DNA of 64,000 nt from Octopus vulgaris (GCA_951406725.2 OX597821.1:20336001-20400000), one strand, 5' to 3'; positions 24,165 through 35,803 are shown, counted from the first letter of the stretch. Program-made: numbers and translations. Notes: generated by a model from the letters alone, not told the origin.

Positions 24165-26333
24165 AGTTGCTTCTGCGCATGTGCGAGTCAGTGTTGTGTT
24201 TGGCACTGAAGCGGTGAAGACGTGCTTTTGAAGCCGTCTTGAATTGAAAACTTTGTTTTCTGGGTCCAGTGGGAGTTTTTGTTGAGAATTGTTTTTTACA
24301 GGCAGGAAGTCCTACTGGATTCAGAATTCTGATTCTGTCGACATGTGGCAAATATATTTTTCTCGCTGAGAAAATTTGGGGGGCGTATCCATCTTCGATA
24401 AATTGAGTGAATATTTTTTTCACGTAATTGTGAGAATTGTATTGTGCTGTGAAGAACTTTTATGAATTGTGAAAACTGCTATATAGGGGAGTATTTTGCC
24501 TCCGAAGTTTGAACAATTTTTACCAATTTTACACCAATTTTTGTGGAAGTTGTGCGTTCCTGGTTCAATTTAGGCCGGGAGTACCAAATGGCCAGAAGGT
24601 TTTTGCTGTGTTATTGACTTTCTTTTTAACTTTATTTGACTTTCTCTTTAACTTTATTTGACTCTCTCCCTTTTTCACTGTGACTTTCTTCGGATTTCCT
24701 TTTCTTCTCGTTTTTTAGTTTTATTCTGAATACATTTTAAAAAAAAAACAAAAAAAAACAAAAAAAAACATGGCAATGAAAAATAACAAGCTTTTGGAAT
24801 GGGAGCTCATACCGCCTAAAAAGTGGTTAAAAAACCGTGAAGATAGGACGGTGGTGTTGAGAACCTACTCCAAGGCACTCGACACCATCGCCCTATTCGA
24901 AAAGACGGTAATTGAAAAGGAGTTGGAAGAGTATTTGCCAACAATTAAATTCATTTTCAGGGGTGTCAAATATGCAACGGTGTGGTTGCTATTTGACACC
25001 CTTGAAGAGGCTTGCAAATTTGCTAGCAAACCCCTGGAGGGTAAGGAAATCTTATTCCTGCCCACGTACAAAAAAAAGAAATTGATGAAAGCTTGGATTT
25101 GCGGGCTGCCACCCGACATAGAACCCGAGTGGATAGAGGAGACTATCCGCCGGGGTCTGGGTAGCAGCGAAACTAAGCTCCTTAATGTAAAAGTTCTTCC
25201 TGCGGCTGCTTGGGTTGGGTCAAAAGCAATTCTGACCCTGTGGACCCAATCAGCCAATCTGGTTCTTCCAGATTTTTTGAAAATGGCCGGGTGCAGGTAC
25301 CCGGTGATGCTTGAGGGTCGCCCCCCTAACTGTCATCGGTGCTTGGAGTCCGGCCACATAAAGAACTGTCCCCGGGAACAAAATAGGATCCCGGAACAGT
25401 TAAGCAAAACCCCTCTAGAAGAGGGAATGATAACGGCCGAGAAAGCAGAGGACTCCTCAAACAGAGGCCGAAAGAGGAAGGTGAGCAACAATGGGTGCTC
25501 ACCAAAGGATAATAGGGATGAGGAGAGGAAGGCAAATCTTCCAGCCACGGAGGAGACGCACCCTCCCTCAGTTGAAAAGGGAAAAAAAAGAAAAAGAGGA
25601 AGAAAAACGGGACATTACCGGCTGTCAGTGTAGCACCGGAATGTCCCGGAACTACGTCGGTTGGGGTTGTGCCACCGACAAGAGAAGGAATACTGTTGGC
25701 GGGAACTGTGCCGCCAACGAAAGAACTGAACGTATTGGTCCTCTTCTATAGAGGAGGAGAAATTGAAAAAGTGATGGAAGAGCACCACAAGGGAGCACCT
25801 TTAGCCTTCACACAGGACCCCGAATGGCCTCCGCAGGTAGCTGTGGAGGCCGTGGCGTTCGACGTGACGCTTGGGCTAAATGAGCTCAATGAAGATTATA
25901 ACTTGGTCCCGGGCGACGCTGACTCGGAACTTGATTACGTTCTGAGGGAGGCGTGGTTGATGGTGGAGGGCGCGGTCACAAGCGATTTCGAGGACGATAT
26001 GTAATTTATTGAACTGTTATTATTAGTAATGGACTGCTAAGTCCAAAAATTGAAAAATTGTAAGAGGTTTAATATCTCGTTTTGTGTTTATTTTTATTAA
26101 TAATGGACTGCTAAGTCTAAAAATTGGAAAAATTGTAAGAGGTTTAATACCTCGTTTTGTGTTTATCTTTAAAAAGAACAATGTTTTAGAGAAGCGAAAG
26201 TCGGCGGGCGCTTTTTGTCTTCTCCCATCCTTATCATCTTTCTTTCATTATCATTCACTTCATTAATGTCCTCGTCCAGCCCGCAAAGCTAACTTAATCT
26301 GTGTACTGCCTTTATGGCAAATGTTTTGAAATA
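24165..26333 (+). mobile_element. ORF1-only non-LTR retroelement, copy 2
   Basis: Flanked by AAGTAGCTTGCTAAC at 24150-24164 and 26334-26348. The 5' UTR is highly similar to copy 1, the ORF is diverged, and the 3' structure is the same. A ~73-bp tandem duplication lies in the 3' UTR (~26020-26167). Confidence 0.85.
24770..26004 (+). CDS. ORF1/Gag-like protein, ~410 aa if one frameshift in the A-rich run at ~25570-25610 is corrected
   Basis: 287-aa ORF with KAWICGLPPDIEPEWIEETI (RNP2-like) and GRPPNCHRCLESGHIKNCP (CX2CX4HX3C). Another frame continues ..TLPAVSVAPECPGTTSVGVVPPTREG into ORF 25669-26004 (LFYRGGEIE..WPPQVAVE). Confidence 0.82.
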
Positions 26334-26733
26334 AAGTAGCTTGCTAACCAACCACATGGTTCCGGGTTCAGTCACACTGCGTAGCATCTTGGGCAAGTGT
26401 CTCCTGCTATAGCCCCAGGCCGACCAAAGCCTTGTGAGTGGATTTGGTAGACGGAAAACTGAAAAGAAGCCTGTCGTATATATGTATATATATATATATA
26501 TATGTAAGTGCGTGTGTGTTTGCGTGTCTGTGTTTGTACCCCTAGCATTGCTTGACAACCGATGCTGGTGTGTTTACGTCCCCGTCACTTAGCGGTTCGG
26601 CAAAAGAGGCCGATAGAATAAGTACTAGGCTTACAAAGAATAAGTCCCGGGGTCGATTTGCTCGACTAAAGGCGGTGCTCCAGCATGGCCGCAGTCAAAT
26701 GACTGAAACAAGTAAAAGAGTAAAAAGAGAGAG
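26334..26733 (+). mobile_element. SINE family B, 3' part (B box + body) of the split copy
   Basis: caaccacatggttccgggttcagtcacactgcg..gcatggccgcagtcaaatgactgaaacaagtaaaagag. The SINE's own imperfect TSD is atattgcag (22142-22150) / atattgaag (26735-26743). Confidence 0.92.
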
Positions 26734-26961
26734 TATATTGAAGTTTGATATCTTGCCTTGCTGCTGATGATGTAGCTGTTTAGCCTCAGGCCACCTTGGT
26801 CGAGAAGTAATTTAATCGAAGCTTTTTAATCATAACCATTCCATAGTATACACATCGAATATATTCAAGGCTATATTTTTAAATGTGTAATTTTATAAAA
26901 AAAAAAGTGGGGTGAGATGAGTGCAATTTGGTTGATATTTCTATCTGGTCGATCAACCATA

Positions 26962-27179
26962 TGAGGGGGTTACTATAAAGTTCCTGGCTGTAGGTTAAAA
27001 GAAAATACAGGAGGATGAATTAATTATTTTATTCAACATATTCCCCTCTCAGATTCGCACACTTATTGCAGCGGTCCTTCAGATTCTCTAAGCCCTGTAA
27101 AAGAACTCGGAAGTTTGGGCCTCCAATCAGGCCTTTCGCGACAGCCTTGAAGCCGGGAACTTTTCAGCACTCTCTCCTA
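26962..27179. mobile_element. Mariner-type MITE
   Basis: Imperfect TIRs ta|tgagggggttactataaagttcctggct ... agccgggaacttttcagcactctctcc|ta with TA flanks. Confidence 0.6.
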
Positions 27180-27402
27180 TAGATATCAACCTACGGCTTG
27201 TTGATGTGGCTGTATATAACAGCAATCCTGATATTTGTGGTGTTTATTCTGGTGATTCTGTTTCTAAATACTCCCGTGGCTGTGGTTTCTGGTGATTTGA
27301 TTTTGCTTACTATTTTCTTTCAACTCTGTACGTAGGGTGATTCTTGCATTTTTAGAAAATACTGTTCTATTGTTGGTATTGTTTTTTTTGTTTTTTTTAT
27401 AA

Positions 27403-27822
27403 CTCTCTCTTTTACGCTTTTACTTGTTTCAGTTATTTGACTGCGGCCATGCTGGGGCACCGCCTTTAGTCGAGCAAATCGATCCCTGGACTTATTCTTT
27501 GTAAGCCCAGTACTTATTCTATCGGTCTCTTTTGCCGAACCGCTAAGTTACAGGGACGTAAACACACCAGCATCGGTTGTCAAGCAATGCTAGGGGGACA
27601 AACACAGACACACACAAACACACACACACGCACACGTATATATATATATACATATATACGACGGGCTTCTTTCAGTTTCCCTCTACCAAATCCACTCACA
27701 AGGCTTTGGTCGACCCGAGGCTATAGTAGAAGACACTTGCCCAAGGTGCCACGCAGTGGGACTGAACACGGAACCATGTGGTTGGTAAGCAAGCTACTTA
27801 CCACACAGCCTACTCCTGCGCC
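27403..27822 (-). mobile_element. SINE family B, full uninterrupted copy
   Basis: Reverse complement of 22150-22186 + 26349-26733. Provides the empty-site sequence ggtaagtagcttgcttaccaacc. Confidence 0.93.
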
Positions 27823-28970
27823 TAACTGTGGTTACTTTAAAAATAAAATAAACACAATTATTGCTGTTGTTGATATTTGCCATGTTTCTGTTCATTTTGT
27901 TATTTATTATATTATATATTTTTTATATATGTCTTATTGGTTCATCATGTTCACGTTTTCTCGTGGCTTGTTTTTGCTGTAAGCGATTTGTTAGTGGTTG
28001 CCATATTTGTTGTGACTATTCTTTTAAGAGTTTATATTATTATATTTTTTTCCTTCTTGAATTTATTGTAGTGCTTGCAGATTTTTTGAAGCTGTTCCTG
28101 TTGTCGTTCTTATTGTTTGTAGCTGTTTGTATTTTAATTATCAGTTTTTAAAAAAATCAATATTATTTCCTTAAATTCTATCCGTTCTGCCTCATCTCAC
28201 TACGTACAGTTCGGTATTGTTAATATTGTTCTTGTTTTTGATGGTAGTGGTGTTGGTGGGGGGGGGGGTGATGGCATCCTTATTGTTCTTCATTTTGGTA
28301 TTGTTGTTGTTGTTTGTGCTGTTTACTGCGTTTGAGATTTCAACGACGTTGATGGTTTATACTTCATCAGTGTTGCATCAGTTGTCGTTATGTTCTCCAT
28401 CATTCTTCATGTTATTTTTGCTATTATTGATGGAACTGCTATTCGCCTTTCTTTTAATGCCGTTAATGTTCATTTTGGTTCATTATTTCAAGTCATTGTT
28501 GACGATCATGATAATAATGATGGTGATGAGCATGAGGATGATGATGTGGAGGAGGCGGATGAGGGGGAGTAGGTGACGACGACGACGACCAAGGAGAAGA
28601 GGATGATGATGATGATAGTGATGACCCTCCTCGGCTTCCTCTTCCTCCTCCTACTACTACTCCAGTTCCTCAACGTTATGGCGAAACCTTACAAGGAATT
28701 ATTTTTCCAAACCCTTTTATAGTTGACGCAGTTGTTGCTGCTGCAGAGGAGTCCACATTCAGCTCTAATCCAGGAAGTTTATATCTAAACCTGTTCAACT
28801 ATGGTCATCATTGTTTATTCAGACAATGGATCTAGGACTACGATAGCAACCGAGTTTATATCATTTAAGTCGCAAGGCGGAATATCAAATGTATATTATG
28901 ATGTGTCCAAATAAATCGAATGCACTCAAAGAGGCTCCCACAATAAGCCCCCCACTCTCTCTTTATATTC

Positions 28971-29033
<63 letters not shown>

Positions 29034-29216
29034 CGTATGTGTATATATATATATGTGTGTATATATTATACACGCTCGAAATACGAGAACTGAAAACAGC
29101 CAACAACTGATGAAGGGTCGTTCTTTATGTTGTTTGTTTCATTTTCCATTTGGGTCTTTCGTTGTTCGAAAGAATAGTTCATATACTCGAAGTTCGTGAC
29201 GTCCAATACCCACATA

Positions 29217-29251
<35 letters not shown>

Positions 29252-29255
<4 letters not shown>

Positions 29256-29764
29256 CAATAATAAATCTCTGAGCGAGGTATAAACAGTAACTGCTCTGTA
29301 ATATAAGCGGGATCAGCAATCTGAATGTGGCTAGGGACAGGGCGGGGTGGTGGAGGTGTTACTGATGCATTTAGCCCCAGGCGACTATAGACGTCACCAG
29401 AAGAGCCGACACCATCACGGTGTCCTTGCTAGCCTGTAAAGGGAGATCAGCCTCCCCGAAGATACGGATGCTACACACGGACCGGTTTCGAGGTGGTCGC
29501 CTCTCGTCAGCGCATGGCAAGCACCGTTCTTCGTTGAGGGACTTCCTCTACAGGCTAGAAATATATAGATTTTCACAGTAAACACAGTCACTGGCGTCGA
29601 AAATCTGTTCGATAACAATAATAAATCTCTGAGCGAGGTATAAACAGTAACTGCTCTGTAATATAAGCGGGATCAGCCATCTGAATGTGGCTAGGGACAG
29701 GGCGGGGTGGTGGGGGTGTTACTGATGCATTTAGCCCCAGGCGACTATAGACGTCACCAGAAGA
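29252..29764 (-). mobile_element. Retrozyme-like / non-autonomous Penelope-type element: 360-bp unit in partial tandem
   Basis: 29252-29404 is repeated at 29612-29764 (153 bp, 2 mismatches, period 360). GC-rich, non-coding, and contains a hammerhead. Confidence 0.75.
29474..29516 (-). ncRNA. Type I hammerhead ribozyme with canonical core
   Basis: Minus strand reads CAUGCG-CUGACGA-GAGG(CGACCA)CCUC-GAAA-CCG-GUC/CGUGUG. Stem I CAUGCG:CGUGUG, palindromic helix III ACCGGU, predicted cleavage between 29480 and 29479. Confidence 0.85.
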
Positions 29765-31799
29765 TATTTTATAAAATTACGTACCTTGTTTTCAGGAAAA
29801 TTACACTTCCCAAATACAAGAAAGAAAAGAAGCAAGGATGCTAAAAAAATTTTGTTGATATTGGCAACGCATTTCAGAATGTTGCTCGAAATATTTTGTG
29901 AATTAGCACTAACTGTAGCTGTGGCTAGTTCAAAAGGATAGCATCTAAATCAAAGTGATATGACAACAGCTGTTGTAGTAGTTAATGTGGCATGACAAAT
30001 CAGTGTGTGCTTCTAATGCAATACTTTATGTGGTGATTCACCTCTATTCTACGGGTGGACCTTGCTGATGATAGTTGAAACAGGCGAGATAAGTACTAAG
30101 GTTCTAAATCGAGGGAGGATCCAATGAATGTTATTACAATTTACAAAAAATAGACCCTAATGTTGAGATTATAATGAGACTCAGGTTCATTTGTTTAATA
30201 TGACAGGTCTATATCTGCTTATAATACTGTCTTTAACATTGAAAGGGAGATTTCTATAGTTGAAAACTTTGGCCCAACTTCGTTGATGCCTTGAATCTAG
30301 GAACTTGCTTTCCCTGACTGTCAGTTAAATAGCTGTGATCATAGGTAAAGGCAAGAAGTTTCTTTCTTTTGTCCAAAGGATACGGGTAGAATATTTAGAT
30401 CTAATGCTTTAAAATCCAGATGTAAATGAGATAAGATGGAAATAGACGCGTCTTTACAGAGGATTTTGAAGATGAACCCTTTTAGTCTATCAAATGATAA
30501 GATTGAATTCCTGGTTAATGGTGAATGGATTAGCTTATCGTGATGATTGAAATTAAGGAGAACAAATCATCAACAATATAGCCAAGAATATTAAGCATCC
30601 TACTTTCTACAATAGTAGATCAAATCTTAAAATTCGACCTATTACTACTAGCCCTAACAAATCTCTTTATAAGGTAGCTTAGCTCCTCTCACAGTTCCTT
30701 AAAGCTCTTCCACGCGCAAATGAACCCAACATCCAAAGGCTTCACCTCTTTCTTCAGCATATTATTAAGTACAGTAGGTATGTTTGCAGACTCAATGTAG
30801 AGTCATTATAGTCATTTGGCCAAGTCCGGTGGTTGCATTTGAGAGTAATAAGCCGATAATCCCACTTCCTTAAACTGCTCGCAATGTTAATCCCCTTCAC
30901 ATACTCCATCAGTTCAATGAAAACTGTTCTTCAAAAATTACTTTTATTACTATTATTTTCATGATTATTTTATCATTGTTTTATTCCTGTTCTCGATGCT
31001 AACTCATGTTTATTTCAACTTTATGTTTATTCCTATTTATCATACTTATTATGTTTATGGTTATTATTATTGTTAATTTATTATGCCTGGTGCGGTTTTC
31101 TTTTTGCTTATGGTCTTTCGTAGTTATGTACATCCTGAATGTGGATTTTATTTAATTATTCATTTATTTATTTAATTACTTATTTAACTTTCTGACGTCC
31201 CATCAATCTTTCTATTCCTTTGGAATCGTCCGTATTCATCCTGTTCTCCCTAAGGTCCATTGTTGGCCATGGTCTTGTCTCTTAATTTCGTGCATTCATT
31301 GTCAGTGGCGGTAAAAATCCTCTCCATATTTCACTATTGGTCTCTGTGCATGCTACTAGTAGTGCTGCTGCTGCTACGCCGTTATTGGTAACACTGTTGA
31401 TCTGCAGACAAACAGAAGAATAGTATTTCTTGCATAAAATTGGAAGGTAAAAAATAACATTGAATATGTATTGTTCAGGTTATTGATTAGGTGATTTTCT
31501 AAAAATCAATGAACTAGGTATTCATATAAGTGCCACTTAATCAAAGGTTAAGGAATCTACACGTCGAAAAAAAAATCGAAAATTTGTTTCATTCTTCTGT
31601 CACATTTTCTTGGTGTATTTCAATTGTTTGAAGATTTAAATGTCATAAACAGATGACAAGAATGAATCTTCTTTGACGATATATCAAAGTCGTAAAATAT
31701 TGATGTTATTTTGCATTAAAACGAGAGATCACTGTGTAAATAGAAATGAAAATAACGACGTTGAACATTAAGAAAATGTCACAGAACCTAAATAGTAAA

Positions 31800-32215
31800 G
31801 CAAAGAGGAGTTATTGTGTTTTAAAGGGAATATCTTAAATATTAAATCAAGTAAAAGCAAAAAGAAATTTATAGGGTTTCAAAGAGAAATGTTAGATACG
31901 AAATCAACTGAAACAGAGAAATTGTGGAGGCTTTAAAGGAAATATTTTAAATATTAAATGAAGGAAAGCGAAAAGAAATTGCTGGGGTTTCTCAGGGAAA
32001 CTGTGAAGTATGGAATCAACTAAAGCAAAATAATAATAATAATAATAATAATAAGTTGGTGTTTTAAAGGGAATATCTTAAATATTAAATCCAGTTATGG
32101 AAAATGAAATTGCTGGATTTTTAGGGGAAAATATTAAATATGTTATCAACTAAAGAAAAGAATATTTGTTGGGGTTTTAAAGGGAATGTGTTAAATATGA
32201 AATCATCTAAAATCC
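31800..32215. repeat. Degenerate ~56-bp minisatellite (about 7 units)
   Basis: Motif gttttaaagggaat..aaatattaaatc recurs at ~31818, 31875, 31929, 31985, 32061, 32116 and 32174. Confidence 0.7.
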
Positions 32216-32699
32216 ATCGATAATACTTGATCAATATGAAAATGCTGTTTCAATGTAAAAATTTAAAGGCAATCTTTGTAAATTTAATTTTAAAAAGAGT
32301 GATAGTGACGTGGACGTTTGTTCAATATTTGATTAACATCACATTATCAGGTTAGCTAGTGATACTCAGTTTAAAATCAACAATGATCTAATGTTTGTTC
32401 AATATTTGCGTTAAGTTCGTTCCAACATAGCTGATCCATCATAAAATTTAGTTAACAGGAAATTTTAAAATTCCAATACGAAACATTTTCATATTGAGAT
32501 AGAATGTCCATCGGATAATGCCTTCACCTGTACATTGTAGGATTATTTCTGACAGGTGATTGCAGAAAAAAGGAAGTATGGAATTTGGAATGTAAAACTA
32601 CAGAGTCACCAAAGGAGGTAAACAGATAATTGCAACTCCAGGACGGCAGTGTGCACTTTTGATATTCCGCCTTCCCTTTTGCTACTAATATAGAGTCTG

Positions 32700-33000
32700 C
32701 TCCTTGGAGTATGGCTGTGTTTGTGACAGCTTTACACAAGCACTCTTTCCTCAGTCATCTCTCCATTTCTTACGGCTTATATTGCATCATCTTAGGCTCA
32801 CATTGAACCTCAAGTTTATTTCTCCTTTCACGTTACATCGGTTATCTGAAATTCACGCTTTACAAATAACTATACTGATAGTTGTTTTCTAGTAGCCGTC
32901 GACTGGCAACAATTGAAGGTCATCCTGAATGGTATAGTATTACCGGCCACGCAGGGCCTACGTAACCCATGCCTAACACTTCCTTATGACATTTGAAAAC
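32700..33000 (+). pseudogene. Possible relic of a DIRS-type tyrosine recombinase
   Basis: PWSMAVFVTALHKHSF, then LRLTLNLKFISPFTLHRLSEIHAL, resembles the recalled WDL..VL.AL / LTLK..R.SELHAL motif. Heavily decayed. Confidence 0.25.
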
Positions 33001-33457
33001 ATGAAAGAGAGGAAAGGAAACCAATTCAGAAGGATCTACTCTAAGTAGATGTTTATAAAAGAAAGCATGCAACCTGATATACAACTTCTCCAGAAGGTAC
33101 ATAATTATATGGAATCATGAATATATATGTAGAATGAGTGTGACAACCGTGTAGATCGACATATAGAGAGGAAGAAAGCCAGGGAAACATACGATACAAA
33201 TAAAGACACGTTAGAGGAATTTCTTTGATGGATTAAACATAAAATAGCTGACTGAAAAAAATGTGCCATTAATAGTAAAAAATATTACTGATAATGAATT
33301 ACTGATAATGTTTTTGATGTATGTATAGAATTTCTGAATAATTTAAATAGGATGATAACTTGGGAGTGACTGATTGTATAGCAGACATATGTTAAATGCC
33401 TGTTTATTGAAATAAGTACACACACACACACACGTACACACACACGTACACACACAT

Positions 33458-33510
<53 letters not shown>

Positions 33511-33530
33511 AATATATATATATATTTTTT

Positions 33531-33927
33531 TTTTTACTTGTTTCAGTCATTTTGACTGCGGCCATACTGGAGCACCGCCTTTAATCGAGCAACTCGACAC
33601 CGGGACTTATTCTTTTGTAAGCCCAGTACTTATTCTATCGGTCTCTTTTGCCGAACCGCTTAGTAACGGGGACATAAACACACCAACATTGGTTGTCAAG
33701 CAATGCTTGGGGGACAAACACAGATACACAAACATACACGCACATACATATATATACATATATACGACGGGCTTCTTTCAGTTTCCGTCTACCAAATCCA
33801 CTCACAAGGCTTTGGTCGGCCCGAGGATATAGTAGAAGACACTTGCCCAAGGTGCTACGCAGTGGGAATGAACCCGGAACCATGTGGTTGGGAAACAAGC
33901 TACTTACCACACAGCCACTCCTGCGCC
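33531..33927 (-). mobile_element. SINE family B, full copy
   Basis: Same head and body as 27403-27822. Confidence 0.93.
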
Positions 33928-33941
33928 TATATATATATATT

Positions 33942-33983
<42 letters not shown>

Positions 33984-34375
33984 CGTTACTTATTCATACG
34001 TACAAACCCTGACACACGCAGTTATATATGATAAATGTCTATTCGAGAGTATGTACTGTAATGGTCAGGATGTACTCACAGTCACGAAATGGAAGTTTCG
34101 ATTACCGAACAGGGCGGTGCACAGTGTTCTGAAGCAAAACCTTTTACCTGACGCTGCACTGCGGTCACTTTAACGCCCGAAATGTAACCCATCGGGCATC
34201 TCTGCAGGTAATGTCGATTTGACGAAGGGAGGTAGTTTAGTGAACAGTACAAACATGGGACATCAGTAAAGGAACCATCTGTGCAGGTTGTCTAGTAAGA
34301 AATTATGGAAACATCAATTGACGTTGGCCTTGTATAAATTTTTTCATCCGAAGATTAGATATAGGAACGTGTGTG

Positions 34376-34501
<126 letters not shown>

Positions 34502-35242
34502 AATTTCTAATTGGAACTTGACATCAGGAATATTTACAGGAGTGGGTCAGCTGATTATATAGACCCTAGTATGTATGCATAGCGTTGTTGAGCTTGGAAG
34601 AGGTTATGACAAAATCCAGTTCGGCGGGGAGATGAAGCCAAAAGTACATATGCTAGTCATACTCTTTTTCTATTGAATGACTCTCTTTCTCTATTCTTTC
34701 TATTCCTTCTTCTCTTCATTTTTTTCACTTTAGTCTTTCTTTTCGAAAACATCGCCTGTCTTCCCTTTCCTTTTTCTCTCTCTTCCACTTACAGCTTACT
34801 TATTCTAATTGCCTCTTTCCCCCTCCCCTCTCTCCATGCCTGCACTATTAATTCAATTTTCTACTTGGCCGTGATCAGCAATTACTCTAAAGACGGTAGC
34901 ATTAATTTTGTAGGTCGTTCAATTTTTCTGAAAGGATCAATGGGCCTATTTAGTAAACCTATCAATATCGAACGTATAAACATCTGTGAGTCAAATTTAC
35001 TGTTAAAAAATATTGTATGTATGTATATATATATATATATATATATATTACGGAGATGTACTCGCATAGCAAGTGATTTGATCTGTGATCGTGTGCTGGA
35101 ACGAAAACAATTGCAGCGTGGAAGGTGTTTGTAAGCCATTTAGATACACACAAAAGCCGTTCGATTCACTTCAGCATATAAGTATAATTTGTCAAAATAT
35201 TTTCGTCGCTAAAATCCGCGACCTGTTCACAGCACGGATTTT

Positions 35243-35304
<62 letters not shown>

Positions 35305-35307
<3 letters not shown>

Positions 35308-35765
35308 TACAAACTGGGACGAGAACGCAAAACATCCAGATAGACGATACGAAAAACACGGACGGGTCATTCGAAGCCTTTAATCTTCAGTCAAGAACCG
35401 GATCATCCTCGCAATTTCGGCTAATTAATCTCGAGATTGCTCCAGTCTGGCCAACCTCCAGAAAAAAAACTGAGCTAAGAACATTAGATTCCTTAGAAAA
35501 GGATCGAATGTATGCGAAACAAGGACGGAAAAGCGAACGATATTACACGAATTTAAAAACAAAAATAATACAAAATAACACAATAATGATAATAATAACA
35601 GGACATAACAACAGGCGTCTTACGACTGGAGATAAATTAAATTCAGCTAGCGTGTTGGGAATTAAGCCTTACGGCAGAGGAAAGTTTCGTTGTGACAGTT
35701 ACCGTGGTCCAAAAGGTTTAGCAGTCGAAGAGAAGAGAGAAAAAGGAACAAAGGAATTAAGGAGG

Positions 35766-35803
<38 letters not shown>

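Noticed and set aside
22172-26348. CRISPR-like or LTR interpretation of the three 15-bp repeats
   Set aside because: The spacers are 2-kb homologous elements and the repeat is part of the host SINE. There are no TG..CA LTRs, PBS or cas genes.
28217-28680. Hydrophobic/acidic ORFs suggesting a membrane protein
   Set aside because: Derived from degenerate (TTG)/(GAT) trinucleotide low-complexity sequence.
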